Virus record (IMG/VR): IMGVR_UViG_3300033412_000041 | Source: a virus | Length of the DNA: 35,002 nucleotides | Reading direction: 5' to 3' (one strand) | Shown here: in pieces, positions 29,856 to 35,002 of the stretch | How the letters are laid out: every line of letters begins with the position of its first letter | Position numbering within the stretch: the stretch's first letter is position 1 | The notes under the pieces: generated by a model | Database searches by the model: none | Seen by the model: the letters and a program-made list of their open reading frames with translations, nothing else | What the model was told of the DNA's origin: nothing | Program-made: the position numbers and the translations under genes

Positions 29856-30602
29856 CTATTGAGTAGTAGCAAATACAAGATAATTAAATACAGAAACGCC
29901 GGGATCTCCACTGCATAAAGCTACAATAACTCCAGTTCCAGTATCTGCTTTTTGTACTGTTACTGCATTAGCTGATGTTTCTATAGAAACAAAACCTATA
30001 TTTGATGCAACAACACCTGGAGCCGTAATATTAACCGTAGCACTTCCACCAGGATTAGAAAATTGACCAACTTTAATACTGGCAGCTGATTGTGCTCCTA
30101 AATTTGTCCTTGCTGTAGATACACTTGCAACATCCGATAAATTGTTAGCTGCTAACAAAAATGTTCCGCCAGATGGATCTGATGAAGGACTGAAAGTAAG
30201 AGAATCAACACCTAAGTGAGCTGGTAATGGTTCTACAAGAACATACATAGCGCCTGCTTTAGTTGTACCAGCACCAACACTTAAATATTGACCAACTTTT
30301 AGTTGTTCGATATTTTGTTGATCTTCTGATCTAGTTAGTATCCAAATTGAAGAAGAACTACCAGCGCTAGTCGCAACATATACACCATTTTGATTAGCAC
30401 TTGATTGTCCTGCTAACAAAATTCTGTCACCTTGATTTACTGCTACGCTATCAATGGTCAATGCAGATACGCTATTAGCAATTAAAGTGGCTCCCACTCC
30501 ATTATTTAAAATACCATTGTTGTAAGTACCCGACAAATTAGTTGTTGATACTAATCTAACTGAGGTTAATTGTTGTAAATAACTATATTGAGAAAAACTC
30601 AT
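29856..30602 (-). CDS. Short tail fibre (248 aa) sharing the N-terminal anchor domain
   Basis: QQLTSVRLVSTTNLSGTYNNGILNNGVGATL...DRILLAGQSSANQNGVYV...MYVLVEPLP...ANNLSDVASVSTARTNLG. Confidence 0.6.
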   Translation of the reverse strand: MSFSQYSYLQQLTSVRLVSTTNLSGTYNNGILNNGVGATLIANSVSALTIDSVAVNQGDRILLAGQSSANQNGVYVATSAGSSSSIWILTRSEDQQNIEQLKVGQYLSVGAGTTKAGAMYVLVEPLPAHLGVDSLTFSPSSDPSGGTFLLAANNLSDVASVSTARTNLGAQSAASIKVGQFSNPGGSATVNITAPGVVASNIGFVSIETSANAVTVQKADTGTGVIVALCSGDPGVSVFNYLVFATTQ

Positions 30603-30631
30603 TTAAAACTCCTTTTTAAAATGTTGATCAT

Positions 30632-30934
30632 TTAATTACCCCATACCAAACCAGATGCGGTTGTTCCAGAAGAATTTACAGAAATTGAATAAATATTGTG
30701 CCATATTCCAGCAGACACATTTGTCAATACCTGTGTAGTTCCATCCCATTTAACATAAGAGATATTTCCTGTTGTTCCTACATATAACCAATTAGCAAAT
30801 TCAGTTCTTCCACTGGTTCCATAAGGCGTTCCAGGAGTAATATCACCCGTCCTTGCTGGACCTGTAGCCAATCTAAAAGGACCTGTGTATAAATTTGGAT
30901 CTAACGGAGGTAATTGTACTGTTTGAACTGCCAT
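30632..30934 (-). CDS. Small beta-rich tail accessory protein (resembles the RcGTA rcc01079 spike-base family)
   Basis: 100 aa: ...ANWLYVGTTGNISYVKWDGTTQVLTNVSAGIWHNIYSISVNSSGTTASGLVW. The similarity is from memory only. Confidence 0.35.
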   Translation of the reverse strand: MAVQTVQLPPLDPNLYTGPFRLATGPARTGDITPGTPYGTSGRTEFANWLYVGTTGNISYVKWDGTTQVLTNVSAGIWHNIYSISVNSSGTTASGLVWGN

Positions 30935-30946
30935 TATTATTTCCTC

Positions 30947-32803
30947 TTAAAGTTTAATAATTCTATTACAAAAACTTGATGGTTGTACATTATTGTGAGG
31001 TATATTCCCACCTTGTGATTCTACAGAAACAGGAACACTATTACCTGTGTTAAGAGTTAAATATGTTCTTGTAGTTCCACCACCTCCGGAAGCAGCATTT
31101 CCAATATTCGTTGGTAGATTAGATCCAGGATGATTATGAGAAGGCATTTCTGATATTGTATCTTGATGTACAAACTCTCCTTGAGCATGTCCTAACAAAT
31201 AAACAGGAGGATTTGTTATAGTTCCATTACCATCTACTGTTAAATCAATAGCATTTCCAGATATAGCTCCATCAGATGAAAATGATAATTTCATTGTTGT
31301 AGAAGATAAAACAATAGCAAAATATGTTATACCATTCGATAATGGAATTGGTGGTGTACCTCCAGAAAGTTCTATAGGATAACCAGTTCTCAATCCCGTA
31401 GTTGATGCTACAGTTAGAATATCGGTTGTTGCTACAGCAGTATAACTTTGAGAATATGGAGAATATCCAGATGCACCTTTGTTTACATTTGTTTTACCAA
31501 CAGAAAGTGGTAATTGTAATTGATTATTAGCATTCCAATCTGATAATGGTGTACCGCCTTTAGAAACTAATACACCAGAACTATCATAAATAGGGCAATC
31601 CGTTGCAGAAGTTCCTTCCCATAATAATTTGTAAAGTAACCAAGTATCTGGGTTAGCTCTTGTTGTAGAATTAGATGAAGAGTTACCTATAGTTCCATCA
31701 TTCAATGGAATCCAACCAGATTGAATTGGACTATTAGAGAATGAATTAAATGATTCTCTTATGTTACCTGTTCTAGGATTTTCTAATTTTGCTTCTATTT
31801 CATCCACTGATTCATATGAAGTTGTTGGAAATATACTACCAGAATACAAAGAAGGCTTAGCTAAGTCTATATTGCATTGAGCACTTAAAGGAAATAATAT
31901 TTCTATATATGTTCCATCATCATTAGAATTGCTTGGATTCTTACCTACAATAGAAGGTATTGAAAAATTTATTGTATAAATTACAAATGATGATGTTAAT
32001 GTAATAGGAGTAGGAGTTAAATTAGTCACTCGATCAATACTTGGCGTTCCGCCAGTACCGAAATATTGTCTTAATTGAACATTTATTGTATCAGACCCAC
32101 TACCATTTGTTCTTCCATAAACATAAAAAGTAAATATTTGATTTGCTACAGAATTAACATATTGTGAAATAGGTATTCTTATTCCTTTATAAACTTCTCC
32201 TGAAGGACTATTTAAACAAGTATAGTTAAGATAATAAGGAGTAGCAAAATCGGGGGATAAAGGATTAGTGCCAAAAGTAAATTGTGAAAACGATAATGTG
32301 TCTTGCGCATTTGAAGCACCACTTTGAATAAATTTTATATCAGGATAATAAAGACCAACATGTGCGGAAGGGCATATAAATGTCTGATCTGCAATTGGTT
32401 GATCTGTTGTTGAACCTATATTGTATATAAATGAATTATTTACAAATATATTTTCAATATTTTGAACAGTATTTACACTTCCTCCACCGGATCCACCAGA
32501 TATTGGATATTGATTTATTTGACGAACTAAATTTCCATTATTATCGAATATTTGTAAAAAATATAAATCATCAGGATTATCGGAGTCTAATCTAAAATAA
32601 AATGGTCCTCCAGTACCCGTTTCATCAAAAGGAGCTCCATCTGTTGGCCATTGATTAATTCCTGCTGGATCTTGGAATATTGGTTTAAATTGTGTTGGAT
32701 TTAAGCTGCTAGTAGAAGTCATCTTACCACCAGCTAATGGTTTACCTGTTAAATCTGAAAAATACCAAAAAGGTATTGGTTGTAAGGTATATGATATTGT
32801 CAT
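30947..32803 (-). CDS. Tail fibre with a C-terminal phage tail-collar domain
   Basis: 618 aa. N-terminus FWYFSDLTGKPLAGGKM...FQDPAG. One copy of the approx. 60-aa GYPI...PIPL...TYFAIV...KLS module. C-terminus GEFVHQDTISEMPSHNHPG...GGNIPHNNVQPS (collar signature). Confidence 0.65.
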   Translation of the reverse strand: MTISYTLQPIPFWYFSDLTGKPLAGGKMTSTSSLNPTQFKPIFQDPAGINQWPTDGAPFDETGTGGPFYFRLDSDNPDDLYFLQIFDNNGNLVRQINQYPISGGSGGGSVNTVQNIENIFVNNSFIYNIGSTTDQPIADQTFICPSAHVGLYYPDIKFIQSGASNAQDTLSFSQFTFGTNPLSPDFATPYYLNYTCLNSPSGEVYKGIRIPISQYVNSVANQIFTFYVYGRTNGSGSDTINVQLRQYFGTGGTPSIDRVTNLTPTPITLTSSFVIYTINFSIPSIVGKNPSNSNDDGTYIEILFPLSAQCNIDLAKPSLYSGSIFPTTSYESVDEIEAKLENPRTGNIRESFNSFSNSPIQSGWIPLNDGTIGNSSSNSTTRANPDTWLLYKLLWEGTSATDCPIYDSSGVLVSKGGTPLSDWNANNQLQLPLSVGKTNVNKGASGYSPYSQSYTAVATTDILTVASTTGLRTGYPIELSGGTPPIPLSNGITYFAIVLSSTTMKLSFSSDGAISGNAIDLTVDGNGTITNPPVYLLGHAQGEFVHQDTISEMPSHNHPGSNLPTNIGNAASGGGGTTRTYLTLNTGNSVPVSVESQGGNIPHNNVQPSSFCNRIIKL

Positions 32804-34524
32804 TCAGATTCACCTTTACTAATTTCGTTAAATCCACCTGGAATTATTTTGCCCATTATATCAGATAATGTGGATTCTAGTCGATTTTTATCTCCAGATT
32901 CTTGTGAATCACGTAATTTTTTAACCCATTTATCACTTCTAATAAATTTAACTGATTCTAAATTTTTCTTTTTACCGGTTAATTGATTCCATATTTCTAA
33001 TACTTTTTGTAATGATCCACGAGCTTGATTAATTCCTTTTTCTGATTGATATGAAGATGTTGATGGCTTTTCAACATTAATTAAACTATGCCAAGCGTCT
33101 TTCATGTCTGTAAGCATGGATTGTGCTTCTGGAACATTTTTTAATGAACTATACAATTCATTAAATTTATTTTCATTACTTATTATCTTTTTGTAAAAGT
33201 TTTTTCCATTAATTTCTGATGTTCCTAATTTTTTCTCTATATTAGATCTTATTATACTTTTCTGAGCTGCAGCACGAGCCTTAGCATAATCAGGAACCGC
33301 TTTATCCATTATAGTAGTTAATTTAGATCTAGCATCTGTATATTCTGCTGCTTTAGATTTTTCACCAGATCTTATTAATTTATTTTCTTTGTCAGATATC
33401 TCTTTTCTTACTTTATCTAAATAAGAATAATTATTTTCTGTTTTTCCTTCCAACTTTCTTTGCCAAGCACTATCTTTAGATACTTCATTAAAAGCATCAG
33501 AAATAATAGGATCTGATTTTAATTCATTAACTAATTCAGGTTTCATATTCCATCTATAAGCTTGATGATAAAGATTTTTTATTTCATTTTTAGAAGCAAT
33601 AGATTTATCATGTATTGTTGACAATAACTTATTAATTGCATTTTTTTCTGATTTTGTTCTTTCAATACCCATATTAACATTTTCTTTTGCAGCCTCACTA
33701 GTTCTAGTATATCTTCCTTCTTGTCCAGCTATAAAAGGATTTCTAGTTGCTTCTGAAGGACGCAAATTCGTCCCTAATCTTTCTCCAGCTTCAACTGATG
33801 GCGCAACATCTTGGTAACTTAATCCTTTAATAGTTTCTTCACCTGGTTGACCAACAATACCTAATTTATTAGCAATCTTATGAGCACCATATCCTAATCC
33901 AGCTCCTAATGCTGATCCACCAGCACCTAAAGCAGCACCTAAACCTTGCTGTTCTGGGCTCATTACAGCTCCAAGAAGAGCATTTGATCCTATTGACTTA
34001 CCTGTATTAGATGTTAATCCTTTTAATGCTTTCTGAACTGCTAATGGAGATTTACCAATAATATCTCCTGCTTTCTTCAAAGCATTTGCCATATGTGGTA
34101 TATTTGCAATATGAGATGGAATGTTTGCTATTCCTGGGATCTTTCCTAAAATACCTGGACCAAAAAATGATCCTATTTCACCTATAGTAGATCCTATTCC
34201 TTTAGGAGCAAAGTCAAAACCTTTCTTTTCTTCTATATTAACTCCAGGAATTAAATTAGCACCTTTAGCACCTAAATTATACAAACCAGGAACTATATTA
34301 GCAGTTCCTTGGAGTAATCCACCACCTGCTCCAGGTAAAAAAGATTTTTCAATTGGGTCATTTATGTATTTTTGAGCGAAATCTGCTGATTTAGTTAATA
34401 ATGATTTTTTTCCTTGTTTAGGTGTTTCCATTTGTTTTTTAGGTAATTCTATTCCTTCAGCTTCAAATATATCTACAGGCTGATAATCTTTTATTCCTTC
34501 TTTTTCAAAGATATCTATTGGCAT
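32800..34524 (-). CDS. Large internal virion/ejection protein (gp16-like position)
   Basis: 574 aa. N-terminal duplicated peptide IDIFEKEGI / VDIFEAEGI, then Gly-rich hydrophobic segments and a long charged helical C-terminal part. Confidence 0.5.
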   Translation of the reverse strand: MPIDIFEKEGIKDYQPVDIFEAEGIELPKKQMETPKQGKKSLLTKSADFAQKYINDPIEKSFLPGAGGGLLQGTANIVPGLYNLGAKGANLIPGVNIEEKKGFDFAPKGIGSTIGEIGSFFGPGILGKIPGIANIPSHIANIPHMANALKKAGDIIGKSPLAVQKALKGLTSNTGKSIGSNALLGAVMSPEQQGLGAALGAGGSALGAGLGYGAHKIANKLGIVGQPGEETIKGLSYQDVAPSVEAGERLGTNLRPSEATRNPFIAGQEGRYTRTSEAAKENVNMGIERTKSEKNAINKLLSTIHDKSIASKNEIKNLYHQAYRWNMKPELVNELKSDPIISDAFNEVSKDSAWQRKLEGKTENNYSYLDKVRKEISDKENKLIRSGEKSKAAEYTDARSKLTTIMDKAVPDYAKARAAAQKSIIRSNIEKKLGTSEINGKNFYKKIISNENKFNELYSSLKNVPEAQSMLTDMKDAWHSLINVEKPSTSSYQSEKGINQARGSLQKVLEIWNQLTGKKKNLESVKFIRSDKWVKKLRDSQESGDKNRLESTLSDIMGKIIPGGFNEISKGESE

Positions 34525-35002
34525 TATTTATTCAACCTTTGCTTAACTTGATCTATTGTTAAACCGTATTTTTGTGCAGTATGAGATATATCTTCATCAG
34601 AATATTTTGATAAAATTGATTTATTATCTTTTTTAGGTTTTTCATATATTGATGGATCTTTTAAAGCATCGAAAAAAGTATCTGCTTCAGTATCTAATAT
34701 ATTTATAAATTTATTATATCTAGATTTAGCAACTTGTGGATTTTCAAACCAACTTGTTGGATTTGTTAATTCTTTCAAACCTTCCTGAACTGAAGGAGTA
34801 ATAGAATCTCCATAAAATTGTCTAACTTGTTTTGATAATGTATTAGATGCTGTTAATGCATCTTTATATGCTTCATATCTAGGAACACTTTCTCCTTTTC
34901 CAGATAAAGCCATATCTCTAGCAAGTTCAACTCTTCCCCTTGGACCAGAATAAGAGGTTAAATCATCAGGATTAAGGTTATTTATTGTTTTAGACATATT
35001 TT
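34524..35002 (-). CDS. C-terminal part of the junction-spanning internal virion protein (same gene as 1..792)
   Basis: The track ORF starts at an internal Met. The frame is open to the window end, and 34908-35002 duplicates 1-95. Confidence 0.75.
   Translation of the reverse strand, partial: NMSKTINNLNPDDLTSYSGPRGRVELARDMALSGKGESVPRYEAYKDALTASNTLSKQVRQFYGDSITPSVQEGLKELTNPTSWFENPQVAKSRYNKFINILDTEADTFFDALKDPSIYEKPKKDNKSILSKYSDEDISHTAQKYGLTIDQVKQRLNK
34908..35002. repeat. Second copy of the 95-nt terminal overlap
   Basis: Identical to 1-95 by direct comparison. Confidence 0.9.

Noticed and set aside
24299-32803. Diversity-generating retroelement acting on the fibre genes
   Set aside because: No reverse transcriptase ORF exists, and I could see no near-identical template/variable repeat pair. 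The paralogous fibre N-termini are only about two-thirds identical at the DNA level across all bases.

Overview
The window is a complete, circularly closed phage genome. Bases 1-95 are identical to 34908-35002, so the unique length is 34,907 nt. It is visibly AT-rich (roughly one-third G+C by eye), densely coded, and uses strong AAGGAG-type ribosome-binding sites.

Gene order is podovirus/T7-like on the minus strand:
- small terminase/HTH, large terminase, portal, scaffold and major capsid
- adaptor, nozzle and three internal virion proteins (one spans the window junction)
- an unusually large receptor-binding module holding a collar-domain fibre, a small spike-base-like protein, two fibres with paralogous N-terminal anchors, three tandem C1q/TNF-like head genes and a glycine-rich fibre

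A second minus-strand operon (18220 down to 14189) encodes:
- an AlpA-like HTH, a lambda O-like initiator with 22-bp-phased dyad iterons inside its own gene, and a P-like loader
- DUF1064 and a DUF2829/Tad2-like protein
- a late lysis cassette of GH24 lysozyme plus a GTA-type holin-like protein

Three plus-strand accessory operons carry:
- translationally coupled small genes, including a second DUF2829-like ORF missing from the ORF track
- a cargo (moron-like) cassette with an RNA island (tRNA-Tyr-like gene plus a nested 147-nt tRNA-like structure) and an SPFH/prohibitin lipoprotein with a small membrane partner
- a Sak4-like ATPase and an SSB with a DDSLPF tail, separated by a protein built from 26 TCAGCA units

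I see no integrase, DNA polymerase, RNA polymerase, CRISPR array or reverse transcriptase. Four sigma70-like promoters are readable. All homology statements are motif recognition from memory, not searches. Size, AT-richness and the GTA-like holin and spike hints fit a phage of an AT-rich alphaproteobacterium (HTVC010P-type pelagiphages come to mind), but this is unverified.
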